Shown here in pieces: positions 9,848 through 20,325 of a stretch of DNA of 39,764 nucleotides (the stretch's first letter is position 1; every line of letters starts with the position of its first letter). The DNA is from Candidatus Aenigmatarchaeota archaeon (lineage in GTDB: Archaea; EX4484-52). The DNA lies in NCBI GenBank assembly GCA_023137195.1, contig JAGLPV010000008.1:1-39764 (forward strand). Reading direction: 5' to 3'. The notes below the pieces were generated by a model that had not been told where the DNA came from, ran no database searches, and was given only the letters and a program-made list of their open reading frames with translations. A program made the translations under genes and the position numbers.

Positions 9848-11314
9848 ATGTTTGATGAGATAAAATTAAATAAAGAATATAAATATTTTGATGGGTGCCG
9901 ATGGGTGCATTCGGCAGAATATAGAAAAATAGAGATAAAAAACCCTGTTGATGATTCTGTAGTAGGATGTATCCAGAATTGTACCGGAGACGAAATAATA
10001 AGAGTTGTAGAAACCCTGAAAGAAGGACAAAAAAGATGGGCTTCCAAAACAATAGATGAAAGAGCAACTATTCTTGACAAAGCCGCAGACATAATAGAGT
10101 CGCAGGTAGATTTTATTGGCAATATCCTATGCAGGGAAATCGCAAAACCCCTGAATGATGCAAAAGAAGAGATTCTTCGCAGCGCTCAGATTACGAGATT
10201 TACCAGTCATTCTGTCAGAACTATTGAAGGACAATATCTTCAAAGCGGAGTATTTTACAATACTAAAAACAACAAGCAGTGCCTTGTGAAGCGCGAGCCT
10301 TTGGGAATAGTTCTTGCAATCTCTCCTTTTAATTATCCTGTGAACCTGTCTTGTTCAAAAATAGCACCTGCTCTTGCAAGCGGAAACGCGGTTATTTTAA
10401 AACCACCATTGGAGGGGGCTATTAGTGCTTTTCACCTGGTTCAATGCTTTCTTGAAGCAGGGGTTCCTGGTGGAGTGATAGCGACAGTCACAGGAGAGTC
10501 GAAGAAAATAGGAGATATTCTTGTGCCTCATGAAGACATTTCCTGCATCTCTTTTACAGGAAGCACATCGACAGGAGAAATAATAGCAAGAAAGGCAGGA
10601 ATAAAAAAACTTTTATTTGAACTTGGAGGCAATGGGACTGCGATTATTTTGGATGACTGCGACCTTGAAAAAACCATAAATGATGTTATCCCAGGGGCTT
10701 TTTCTTATTCAGGGCAAAGATGCACAGCAATAAAGAGACTTCTTGTCCAGGACAAAATAGCAGGTCGGGCAATTGCTTTGATGAAGAAGAAAATTGAAAA
10801 ATTAAGTGTTGGTTCTCCTCTTAAAAACAATGATATTACTCCTCTTGTTGGTCTTCATCATGCTGAATTTGTCGAAAATCTGATAAATGGCGCAAAAAGA
10901 GGAGGTGCTAAAATAATTACCGGGGGTCGAAGAAAAGGCAATTTGATAGAACCTACTTTAATTGACAAAGTTGACCCGGGGATGAGTATTGCAAATGTCG
11001 AACAATTTGGTCCTGTGTTGCCTGTAATTCGATTCAAAAAAATAGACGAAGCTATTGAAATCACAAACACAACAAAATACGGGCTCCAGTCATGCGTCTT
11101 CACACAGGACATAGATAAAGCGTTTTATATTGCAGAAAGAATTCTGACCGGAACGATGAACATAAACTGCGCTCCTTCAAGAGGACCGGATACATTCCCC
11201 TTTTTAGGGGTAAAAAAATCAGGAATTGGAGTACAGGGGATAAAGGACAGCATACTGGAGATGACAAGAGAGAAAGTGATTGTAATAAAAACAAGCAAAA
11301 ATCTTTCAAAATAG
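9848..11314 (+). CDS. gapN: Non-phosphorylating NADP-dependent glyceraldehyde-3-phosphate dehydrogenase (ALDH family)
   Basis: ISPFNYPVNL, FTGS, ELGG, YSGQRCTA, EQFGPVLP, and a GapN-like C-terminus RGPDTFPFLGVKKSGIGVQG. Confidence 0.8.
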   Translation: MFDEIKLNKEYKYFDGCRWVHSAEYRKIEIKNPVDDSVVGCIQNCTGDEIIRVVETLKEGQKRWASKTIDERATILDKAADIIESQVDFIGNILCREIAKPLNDAKEEILRSAQITRFTSHSVRTIEGQYLQSGVFYNTKNNKQCLVKREPLGIVLAISPFNYPVNLSCSKIAPALASGNAVILKPPLEGAISAFHLVQCFLEAGVPGGVIATVTGESKKIGDILVPHEDISCISFTGSTSTGEIIARKAGIKKLLFELGGNGTAIILDDCDLEKTINDVIPGAFSYSGQRCTAIKRLLVQDKIAGRAIALMKKKIEKLSVGSPLKNNDITPLVGLHHAEFVENLINGAKRGGAKIITGGRRKGNLIEPTLIDKVDPGMSIANVEQFGPVLPVIRFKKIDEAIEITNTTKYGLQSCVFTQDIDKAFYIAERILTGTMNINCAPSRGPDTFPFLGVKKSGIGVQGIKDSILEMTREKVIVIKTSKNLSK

Positions 11315-11431
11315 ATTCTTCTTTATTTCAATAAAAGAGTCTTACGAAAATTACTTCTTTTAATGTTGTAAATAAACTCCTTGTGAAATTTTACTGCTTA
11401 TTTACAATGTGAACGATTTTTCACGAAAGTG

Positions 11432-11450
11432 TCTAAATTTGTACGTAAGA
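11432..11450. repeat. 19-bp dispersed repeat, copy 1
   Basis: TCTAAATTTGTACGTAAGA is the exact reverse complement of 17964-17982. Confidence 0.7.
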
Positions 11451-11506
11451 TACGGTTTATACACAACACAATAATATATTTATAAACTTCATCAATAGAA
11501 GAAAGT

Positions 11507-11914
11507 ATGAAATCCCAGGCAGCCATAGAATATATGGCAGTAGTTGTCATTTCTTTGCTTCTTGTCACCCCATTCATCCTGCTTGCTCAGAAGTCTGTAA
11601 AGGATATGGAATCTAAAATAGATTTGATCGGAGCAAAAGAAACATTAGATAAAATAGGTGATGCGGCAAAAATAGTGTATTCCCAGGGAGATCCGGCAAA
11701 ATTAACTGTTGATGTAAAATTTCCAAAAAACATTAAAGCCAGCAATATAACACATCAAATGATGTATTTCATTATAGAAACAAACTCCATGAATAATACA
11801 ATATTTAAACTCTTTGATTTTGATATAAATGGGACCCTTCCAACTGATTATGGAACGCACACGATAGTTTTGTCCAATATAAACAATGTTGTTAATATCA
11901 GTTATACGAGTTGA
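11507..11914 (+). CDS. Class III signal peptide (archaeal pilin-like) protein
   Basis: MKS|QAAIEY followed by a hydrophobic helix, with Glu at +5. Confidence 0.8.
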   Translation: MKSQAAIEYMAVVVISLLLVTPFILLAQKSVKDMESKIDLIGAKETLDKIGDAAKIVYSQGDPAKLTVDVKFPKNIKASNITHQMMYFIIETNSMNNTIFKLFDFDINGTLPTDYGTHTIVLSNINNVVNISYTS

Positions 11915-11916
11915 TT

Positions 11917-12315
11917 ATGCTAACAAAAAAAGCCCAAAGTGCTGTGGAACTTGTCGTGATGTTTTGTATGTTAAGTTTGATATTTACTGTTTTTGTTACA
12001 AATATAATTTATAAAAACGCAAACCTGAAAATACAAAAAGTAAATCAAAATTCACGTTATATTAGTGATTGGGTCTCTACAGAATTGAATAATGTGTACA
12101 TACAAGGGTATGGATACAGTAGGAATTTTACTCTTCCTGTTGATATAATAGGTTATAATTATAGTATTAGGATAGTTGATCATATGGTCTTGGTCTTTGT
12201 TGCAAACAATAATACATATCTGCGCAAAACAATTCCGGAAAATATTTCCGGAGAGTTAAAGAAAGGTTTGAATTGTGTGACAAATAAAAATGGAGTTATA
12301 TATGTTACTCATTGA
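11917..12315 (+). CDS. Class III signal peptide (archaeal pilin-like) protein
   Basis: MLTKKA|QSAVEL followed by a hydrophobic helix; GYGYSRNFTLP segment. ATG at 11917. Confidence 0.8.
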   Translation: MLTKKAQSAVELVVMFCMLSLIFTVFVTNIIYKNANLKIQKVNQNSRYISDWVSTELNNVYIQGYGYSRNFTLPVDIIGYNYSIRIVDHMVLVFVANNNTYLRKTIPENISGELKKGLNCVTNKNGVIYVTH

Positions 12316-12826
12316 AAAAAAGAGGAAAGCGCAGACAATTAGCATGGATTTTTATACGAGTCTTATTATTTTTATTATGATTCTCGGACTTAGTATATCT
12401 TTATGGGATGATTCTATAAAAGATGTTTCCTGGAGCATCCAGGTACAGGAAATGAACAATTATGCAAATAAAATAGCAGATAGTCTAATCCGGAGCCAGG
12501 GATATCCTTTAGACTGGACAAATGAAACTGTTGATGTCCTCGGTCTGGTTGAGAAAAGCCATATCTTAAATCATGAAAAAGCGCTTGAAATGAAAAATAT
12601 AAGCTCTGGTAAAATGGCTGGTTTGTTTGGGTATGCACCATATAAGTTATATATCCAAGTAAATAATATTTCTGACATGCCTGTTCTTATAGGTGGTGTT
12701 AATGTCACATGGGGGAATTACAACCACTCTCTTGCAAATTCTATAACAAAAACAACCAGGCATGCTCTGCTAAATAATAATAACACTATTGAAAGAGTAT
12801 CAATACTAGTATATATCTGGAACTAA
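12290..12826 (+). CDS. Class III signal peptide (archaeal pilin-like) protein
   Basis: KKRKA|QTISMDF followed by a hydrophobic helix; GYPLDW and GL motifs. Alternative start at 12302. Confidence 0.75.
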   Translation: MELYMLLIEKKRKAQTISMDFYTSLIIFIMILGLSISLWDDSIKDVSWSIQVQEMNNYANKIADSLIRSQGYPLDWTNETVDVLGLVEKSHILNHEKALEMKNISSGKMAGLFGYAPYKLYIQVNNISDMPVLIGGVNVTWGNYNHSLANSITKTTRHALLNNNNTIERVSILVYIWN

Positions 12827-13650
12827 ATATCTCGCCTTATATATTTTTGATATTGTGGGATTATGATGGTCGACAAAGAATATATCTTGTCGAATAATTG
12901 TGTGTGAAATGAACCAGAACCATCTGATTGTTTTTCTGCCAGTTCCTGGGCTATGCCAAAGCAGATAAGAGCTGCCACACTTGCTTTTACGTAATCTTTT
13001 TCGATTGCTGAAAAAGATGCAATCAATGATGCTGCCATACAGCCGCCACCGGTTATTTTTCCAGCCATAGGACTGCCGTTATGGACTTTGTATATTTTAT
13101 TGGCATCTACAATAATATCCTCTTTTCCTGTCATTACAATGGTTGAGCCGGTCTTTTTTGCCAGTGTTTTTGCTACTGTTTCGGGGCTTCCTTTTACTCC
13201 TCCTGATTCTACGCCCCTCATTTCTGCTTCTGCTTCTGCAAGAGTTCCTATCTCACCTGCGTTGCCTTTTATCACAGATATTTTCAAATCCATGATTAAT
13301 TTATTTGCGCTTTCTGTCCTTAACTTTGTTGCGCCTGCTCCACATGGATCAAGTATTATTGGTATGTCTAGCTCGTTTGCTTTTTTACCTGCAATGAGCA
13401 TTGATTCAATTTGTGTTTGGTCAAGAGTGCCAATATTGAGTACCAATGCGTTTGAGATTGCGACCATCTCTTCTACTTCTTCTTTTGCGTGCGCCATGAC
13501 GGGTGCTGCGCCGATTGCAAGAGTCATGTTTGCGCAATCGTTGACTGTAACGTAGTTTGTGATATGATGGATTATTGGTCTTTTTTGCCTTAATTTTTCC
13601 AGCACTTTTCCTGTGTTTATGTCTTCTGTATTGTATATTTCTGTATTCAT
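12823..13650 (-). CDS. thiM: Hydroxyethylthiazole kinase
   Basis: HHITNYVTVNDCAN, GAAPVMA, NIGTL, LDPCGAGAT, IKGNAGEI and ITGGGC. Confidence 0.95.
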   Translation of the reverse strand: MNTEIYNTEDINTGKVLEKLRQKRPIIHHITNYVTVNDCANMTLAIGAAPVMAHAKEEVEEMVAISNALVLNIGTLDQTQIESMLIAGKKANELDIPIILDPCGAGATKLRTESANKLIMDLKISVIKGNAGEIGTLAEAEAEMRGVESGGVKGSPETVAKTLAKKTGSTIVMTGKEDIIVDANKIYKVHNGSPMAGKITGGGCMAASLIASFSAIEKDYVKASVAALICFGIAQELAEKQSDGSGSFHTQLFDKIYSLSTIIIPQYQKYIRRDI

Positions 13651-14690
13651 AATATGTCTCTTTTCTTGAAATCGAAAGGGTTTTGTTTGAAGTGGTCGTA
13701 GCCTGTTTTTTTTAGTTCTTGTTTTTTGCCTTCTTCATCTATTAAATAAATGCTTTTTTCTTTTGTTATTTTTCCTATAGTGGTTACTGAAGTGCCTGTT
13801 TGTTTTTTGAGTGTATCTATTATAATTTTCTCGTTTTCTTTTTTTGTTGTGAAGAGGAGTTCGTAGTCTTCCCCTCCATAAAGGGCGGTTTCTTTTGTGT
13901 CTTTTTTGATTGAGCGTAGGAGTTCTTCTGTTGCTTTTGAGGTTGGTATTTTTTGTTTGTATATGATTGCTCCGACATTGCTTGCCTCGCATATTTCTCT
14001 TGTCTCTGTTGCAAGACCGTCGCTTATATCATCCATTGAAGTGATGCAGTTTAGTTTTTTTAATATTTGTGATTCTTTTAGACAGTGTTGTGGATTGATG
14101 TGGATTTTTTTGAGAATGCTCCCTGACTCTTTGCTTATGTTTGTGTTGTTCTGGAGAAAATATAATCCTGCGCCGGATGCGCCTAAATCTCCAGTAACTA
14201 GGATTATGTCTTCTTCTTCTGCGCCTGAACGACGGATTTCTTTATCTACTTCTCCTGCAATAACTATGTTTATTATTATTGCTTCTGATGGAGAGCCCGT
14301 CATATTTCCTCCAATGATGTTTATATTGTATTTATCTGTCTCACTCATAATCCCTTTATAGAGCCCATCTATAAATTCAACTGTTATGTCTTTTGGGATT
14401 GCTAATGAAATCAGCATGTGTTTTGGTATTGCGCCCATAGAGGCAATATCAGAGATATTTGCGACTACTGCTTTTTTGCCTATCTGCTCTGGTGTATAAA
14501 AATCAAGTGAGAAATGGACATCCTCTACAAGCATGTCTGTTGTGAATACGAGGTTTTTGTCTTTTGGGGCTTTGGTTACTGCCGCATCATCTCCAATACC
14601 AAGGATGACTTCCTCTTTGTTGATAGATATGCTTTTGTTTATGTGTTTTATCAGTGCCTGCTCTCCGCCAATTTCAGGGATTTTTGTCAT
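13647..14690 (-). CDS. thiL: Thiamine-monophosphate kinase
   Basis: GIGDDAA, TTDMLVEDVHF, NISDIASMG, GGN, DISDGL and GGEDYELLFT. Confidence 0.95.
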   Translation of the reverse strand: MTKIPEIGGEQALIKHINKSISINKEEVILGIGDDAAVTKAPKDKNLVFTTDMLVEDVHFSLDFYTPEQIGKKAVVANISDIASMGAIPKHMLISLAIPKDITVEFIDGLYKGIMSETDKYNINIIGGNMTGSPSEAIIINIVIAGEVDKEIRRSGAEEEDIILVTGDLGASGAGLYFLQNNTNISKESGSILKKIHINPQHCLKESQILKKLNCITSMDDISDGLATETREICEASNVGAIIYKQKIPTSKATEELLRSIKKDTKETALYGGEDYELLFTTKKENEKIIIDTLKKQTGTSVTTIGKITKEKSIYLIDEEGKKQELKKTGYDHFKQNPFDFKKRDIL

Positions 14691-14706
14691 ATTTGTTGTT
14701 TTTGTT

Positions 14707-14898
14707 TATATCGCGGCACAAAAGTAATCATGGAAGTTTCCTTACAATCCATACTACTTCTAAGCTTTTGTTCTTGTTTCATTACATTTATGCAACAAGA
14801 ACAAAATGCAAGTATGTGGCGCGATATACTAGCAAAATACATAAATACTATCTAAATACAGATATTATATCTTTGTATTATTTATGTGTTTTGCTATA
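14707..14898 (-). repeat. Two-hairpin repeated element, copy A (with 79-nt structured insert)
   Basis: 18-bp inverted repeat 14830-14847/14879-14896 (1 mismatch), 14-bp inverted repeat 14707-14720/14815-14828 (1 mismatch) and an inner perfect 13-bp hairpin 14766-14778/14794-14806; aligns with 24226-24339. Confidence 0.8.
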
Positions 14899-15608
14899 TC
14901 TTTATATTTTATTGTTTTTTTTTGCCCGAGTGTGTATTGATTGATTATTTTGAGCAAAGAAAGAGTTTCTTTTTTTATATTCTTGCCTATTATTGCAGAG
15001 ATGACTGCGACAGAATCTGCGCCTGTTTTTAAGACTTCTTCTGTATTTGTTTTGTTTATTCCTCCTATCGCCACTATTGGGAGTGTTGTTTGTTTTTTTA
15101 TTTGTCTTATCTTTTCCAGACCAATTCCTTTTCCTGCGTCCTTTTTTGTGCCAGTGTCAAATATCGGACCAATTCCAAGGTATGTTGCGCCGTCTTCATC
15201 TGCTTGTTTTGCCTCTTCTATTGTGCTTACAGAGACTCCTATTATTTTGCCACTAAATATTTTTACGGCTTCTTTTATAGGCATATCTTCCTGACCTATG
15301 TGGATGCCGTCTGCGCCTATTTGTTCTGCTATTTTTGGGTGGTCGTTGATTATTAGAAGTGCGTTGTGTTTTTTTGTAAGTTTCTTTAATTCTTTTGCTT
15401 TTTTGAGAATATGGTCTTCTGAACTTTCTTTTTCACGGTATTGTATTATTTTTATTCCTGATTCAAGAGCTTCCTTTACATCAGATACTTCTCCTTGTTT
15501 AGAAAGATTCCTGTTGGTTATTAAGTATAGTTTTGGCAAATTTGTTGTTGTTTGGTTGGAGGAGGTATTAGTGTATCTGGGGGAAACTGTTTTTTCAAAT
15601 GAATTCAT
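14865..15608 (-). CDS. thiE: Thiamine-phosphate synthase
   Basis: LYLIT, IQYREK, IIND, GIHIGQED, GVS, GPIFDTGTK, AIGGI and AVISAI. N- and C-terminal extensions are present and the true start is uncertain. Confidence 0.93.
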   Translation of the reverse strand: MNSFEKTVSPRYTNTSSNQTTTNLPKLYLITNRNLSKQGEVSDVKEALESGIKIIQYREKESSEDHILKKAKELKKLTKKHNALLIINDHPKIAEQIGADGIHIGQEDMPIKEAVKIFSGKIIGVSVSTIEEAKQADEDGATYLGIGPIFDTGTKKDAGKGIGLEKIRQIKKQTTLPIVAIGGINKTNTEEVLKTGADSVAVISAIIGKNIKKETLSLLKIINQYTLGQKKTIKYKDIAKHINNTKI

Positions 15609-15628
15609 ATTCTATTGTGATAAAAATA

Positions 15629-15701
15629 CGCCTTGGTCGGGATTCGGACCCGAGTTCCGGGAGTGACAGTCCCGGGTGATAACCAACTACACTACCAAGG
15701 C
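15629..15701 (-). tRNA. tRNA-Asp (GUC)
   Basis: Cloverleaf: GCCTTGG/CCAAGGC acceptor stem, CGGGA-CTGTCAC-TCCCG anticodon arm, G discriminator, no encoded CCA; T-loop reads TCCGAAT. Confidence 0.95.
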
Positions 15702-15739
15702 TTATGATGTATATTATTAAAAGAGTTAATAATAAAAAA

Positions 15740-15851
15740 CTAACAACATTGTGCACTTCCCTCCCGAAGGAAGTACCATACACAACGCAAAAGACTTAAC
15801 TGCCGGGTTCGGAATGAGACCGGGTGTTTCCCTTTTGCTGTGGTTGTTAGC
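15740..15851 (-). rRNA. rrf: 5S rRNA
   Basis: CTAACAAC/GTTGTTAG terminal helix, ACACCCGGTCTCATTCCGAACCCGGCAGTTAAG conserved core, loop E GGTA/GAA; followed by a T run. Confidence 0.93.
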
Positions 15852-15869
15852 GTAGGTATAAGAGACTAA

Positions 15870-15885
15870 GTTTTATAAATTTTTG
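15870..15885 (-). promoter_or_regulatory. Archaeal TATA box/BRE for the 5S rRNA-tRNA-Asp unit
   Basis: Minus-strand AAAATTTATAAAA centred about 25 nt upstream of the 5S 5' end. Confidence 0.5.
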
Positions 15886-15956
15886 TAATTAATCCAAAAC
15901 AAATGCTTTTAAAATTAACTTCATTCATATACAATATAGGAATAAAAGGAGATAAT

Positions 15957-16223
15957 ATGAAAATTGTACCATTAGAAAACAAAGTATTGGTAAAAACAGA
16001 AGAAACTCAAACCAAGACAAAAGGCGGAATATACATTCCCGACAGTGCAAAGGAAAAAACACAAATAGGTGTTGTAGAAGCAATAGGCAAAACAAAGGAT
16101 GCCTGTACTGTAAAAAAAGGAGATAAAGTATTATACAAAAAATACTCTGGTGAGGAAGTGAAAATAGACGATGTAGATTATCTTATTTTAGAGATAAGCA
16201 ATATTTTAGCAATAGTAGAATAA
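15957..16223 (+). CDS. groES: Co-chaperonin GroES (Cpn10)
   Basis: MKIVPLENKVLV, TKGGIYIPDSAKEK and VKKGDKVLY; AGGAGA ribosome-binding site before ATG at 15957. Confidence 0.96.
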   Translation: MKIVPLENKVLVKTEETQTKTKGGIYIPDSAKEKTQIGVVEAIGKTKDACTVKKGDKVLYKKYSGEEVKIDDVDYLILEISNILAIVE

Positions 16224-16231
16224 AAAAGTGA

Positions 16232-17872
<1,641 letters not shown>

Positions 17873-17873
17873 T

Positions 17874-17903
17874 AGAGGGGGAATCCTCTCTTTTTTCTTT
17901 TTT
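17874..17903 (+). terminator. Hairpin plus T-tract terminator after groEL
   Basis: AGAGGGG-GAAT-CCTCTCT followed by a T-rich run immediately after the stop codon. Confidence 0.6.
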
Positions 17904-17963
17904 TATATATATTTTTTATTTTTCTAGTAAATTTAAATTTTATTTATTGTAGATAACCTTTTC

Positions 17964-17982
17964 TCTTACGTACAAATTTAGA
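17964..17982. repeat. 19-bp dispersed repeat, copy 2
   Basis: TCTTACGTACAAATTTAGA, reverse complement of 11432-11450. Confidence 0.7.
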
Positions 17983-18061
17983 TATAAAAGGAAAAATAAT
18001 GAACTCCCATCAATCTTGTTTTTTTACTATAGCAACTTATGGTATTTCACAAAAAAGATTA

Positions 18062-18643
18062 TTATTGTCTTCTTTCAATCCCAACTAATAAAATGCCTGC
18101 AGCCATTAAAAGCCGCCTGTCTATATGAGGTTCTTCAGATATAGTCATTGAGTATTTGAGAACAAATGGATTAAAATGTTGTTCAATTTGAGCAATTTGC
18201 CTGTTGTTGCTCTTTATAATATAGTTTTGTGGAATTAAATTGATAAACCTGCTTAAAATAGCACCACCCGTACTTTTTTCTGTCAATATGCCTATTTCCT
18301 GTCCGCTGTTTGAAAGAAAAGTCCATTCATCTTTGAAAATAGATTTTATTCCTTTTCTTCTTATTGCGCCCACCTGCTCTCCTCTAATTGCATCTACCAC
18401 ATTATATGTTGCGCCAATGTCAAAAATCTGTGGGGTTTTAATTGTTAAAAGTTCCTGTCTCTGGCTTTCATCAGAATATATTCTAAAGTCCTCTTTTAGC
18501 TTAAATGGTTTTTGTTTTGAAAAAAAAACAAGTTTTCCTCTCTCATCATATGTGCGAAACTCCCCACCAAACAATTTGAAAAATTTTCTTCTAAATATAT
18601 ATTTATTGTGGGTAAATGCAGAGTTTAGTTCTGTTTCCATCAT
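18062..18643 (-). CDS. LURP-one/scramblase (Tubby C-like) family protein
   Basis: Repeated beta-hairpin units (KQKPFKLKEDFRIY, YNVVD..GAIRRKG, EWTF..GIL) and a C-terminal buried helix DRRLLMAAGILL. Confidence 0.7.
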   Translation of the reverse strand: MMETELNSAFTHNKYIFRRKFFKLFGGEFRTYDERGKLVFFSKQKPFKLKEDFRIYSDESQRQELLTIKTPQIFDIGATYNVVDAIRGEQVGAIRRKGIKSIFKDEWTFLSNSGQEIGILTEKSTGGAILSRFINLIPQNYIIKSNNRQIAQIEQHFNPFVLKYSMTISEEPHIDRRLLMAAGILLVGIERRQ

Positions 18644-18721
18644 ATTCTATAAAGAACAGGTTTATATATTTTGGTTCTTGATTGACAAATAAATTTTGTT
18701 TTTTAAGAAATTGGTTGCTCC

Positions 18722-18746
18722 CCCAGACCTTGGTTTCGTATGGAAA
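18722..18746. repeat. Dispersed repeat shared with 22288-22346 (inverted)
   Basis: Reverse complement of 18728-18746 matches 22328-22346 at 18/19; reverse complement of 18722-18731 matches 22288-22297 at 10/10. Confidence 0.55.
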
Positions 18747-18826
18747 ATAAAATATTCTATTTTTTTATAGATTGCGTTGTGAATAAGAATAGAATGGAAA
18801 AGTTTTGGTTTATTCTTTTATATGTT

Positions 18827-18847
18827 TAATTTGAGAATTCCCCACAG
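18827..18847 (+). repeat. Repeat TTGAGAATTCCCCACAG, also present at the window end
   Basis: TTAA(T/C)TTGAGAATTCCCCACAG occurs here and at 39743-39764 (21/22 identical). Confidence 0.7.
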
Positions 18848-18938
18848 CTTGTTGGAGAGGTTGTTTATTCTGCTCTGGAAAGAGTTTATTTTCTTTCTTT
18901 CTTTTTTATGGGCTACTAACAAAATTCAGAAGAATATA

Positions 18939-20039
18939 TTAATTTAACTCATCAAGCCAACCGGCGGTCTTATTTATTTTTTCCCTGAATAATTTTCCAA
19001 TGTTTTTTGGATTTTTTGCCTGATGGTATTTGAAATATATTTCATCTCCTTTAATTCCAATAATTTCTATTTTACCTTTCTTATGAGACATAACATACTT
19101 GAATCGTTTACTATGTCCATTGAGCTTTTTTTTTGCATCTTCAACAATCTCCAGACCGTGATATAAAGGAATCTGAAAATGATGTTTTACTCTCTTCACT
19201 GGTCTGCATTGAAAAACATAATATGGGTTCACTCCTATGCTGACTAATTTATTCAATAAGTTAGATAGTGTCTCAGGGTTGTCGTTTACTCCTTTTAGTA
19301 AAACAGTCTGGTTGTTTATAATAATATTAGACTTAATAAGCTGGTCAATGGCATTTATTGATTCTTCTGTAATTTCTTTTGGATGATTGAAATGAGTGAC
19401 AACATAAATTCTTCTGTCTTTTAAAGAGTATTTTTTTAACAATGCCAGTAGTGCTTTGTCATTTAAAATTCTATTTGGGAACACAACAGGAATTCTACTT
19501 CCGAAACGGATAAAATCAAGGTGTTTTATTGTTGAGAGTTTCTCTAAAAAAGATTCTATAATTTTTGTTGGCAATATTAAGGAATCTCCTCCTGTAATAA
19601 GCACGTTATTAATTTCCTTGTGTTCTTTAATATAGTTTACTGCCTTGCCAAACATATCCAGTACTTCATGATTCGGCAGACCCACCAGCCTTTTCCTAAA
19701 ACAAAATCTACAATATGCAGCGCATTGATTTGTTGATAAGATAAGAGCTGTTTGCTTGTATTTGTGTTGTAAACCAACTGTTTTTGTGTTTTCTTCTTCA
19801 CCACTTGTATCGTAAGATCCTTCTAAATTTAATTCCTCTGGTGAAGGAATCATCAATCTTCTAATTGGGTCTTCTTTATCTTCTTTGTTTATTAAAGATA
19901 AATAATATTTTGTAATTCTCATTGGGTGTTTATGCACCACTGTTTGGAGTTGTTTTTCTTCTTCTGGTGTTAATTTAATATATTTTTTCAATTCTTCTAT
20001 ACTACAAATACTTTCTTTAAGTTCTTTTTCCCAGTCCAT
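18939..20039 (-). CDS. KamA family radical SAM protein (lysine 2,3-aminomutase-like)
   Basis: GLQHKY, CAAYCRFCFRKR, ITGGD, RFGSR, THFNHPKE, NQTVLLKGVND and PYYVFQC. Substrate is not determinable from sequence. Confidence 0.9.
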   Translation of the reverse strand: MDWEKELKESICSIEELKKYIKLTPEEEKQLQTVVHKHPMRITKYYLSLINKEDKEDPIRRLMIPSPEELNLEGSYDTSGEEENTKTVGLQHKYKQTALILSTNQCAAYCRFCFRKRLVGLPNHEVLDMFGKAVNYIKEHKEINNVLITGGDSLILPTKIIESFLEKLSTIKHLDFIRFGSRIPVVFPNRILNDKALLALLKKYSLKDRRIYVVTHFNHPKEITEESINAIDQLIKSNIIINNQTVLLKGVNDNPETLSNLLNKLVSIGVNPYYVFQCRPVKRVKHHFQIPLYHGLEIVEDAKKKLNGHSKRFKYVMSHKKGKIEIIGIKGDEIYFKYHQAKNPKNIGKLFREKINKTAGWLDELN

Positions 20040-20325
20040 AATAAATATAATGTTATTTCATGCCTCATAGAACATAAAACAAATTAAAAGATAGTTAATA
20101 CAACTACACAATAATATATAAGTAAATTTTTTTTAATTTTATAAATATTTGCTTTCGTAAATAAATTGTAAAATTCATAAGAAAATTTATTCCTTAATAG
20201 GTTCAATACCTATGAGTTCTACTCTAGTGGGTGTTTATTTACAACATAAAAATCATATGTTCTACTCTAAATCAATCTATAGGATTTTTTCTGTTGATTT
20301 TTAAAAATAAAACATATGTATTTTT

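Noticed and set aside
14691-14864. TPP riboswitch upstream of thiL
   Set aside because: No CUGAGA or other TPP aptamer core motifs on either strand; the structure is instead shared with a non-thiamine locus.
14514-14944. Plus-strand ORFs across the thiL-thiE gap
   Set aside because: They overlap thiL, thiE and the palindromic element and have non-protein-like composition.
12823-15629. tRNA-Asp-anchored integrated element with att duplication
   Set aside because: No duplicate of the tRNA 3' end and no integrase were seen in the window.
15595-15783. 62-aa minus ORF
   Set aside because: It overlaps tRNA-Asp and 5S rRNA.
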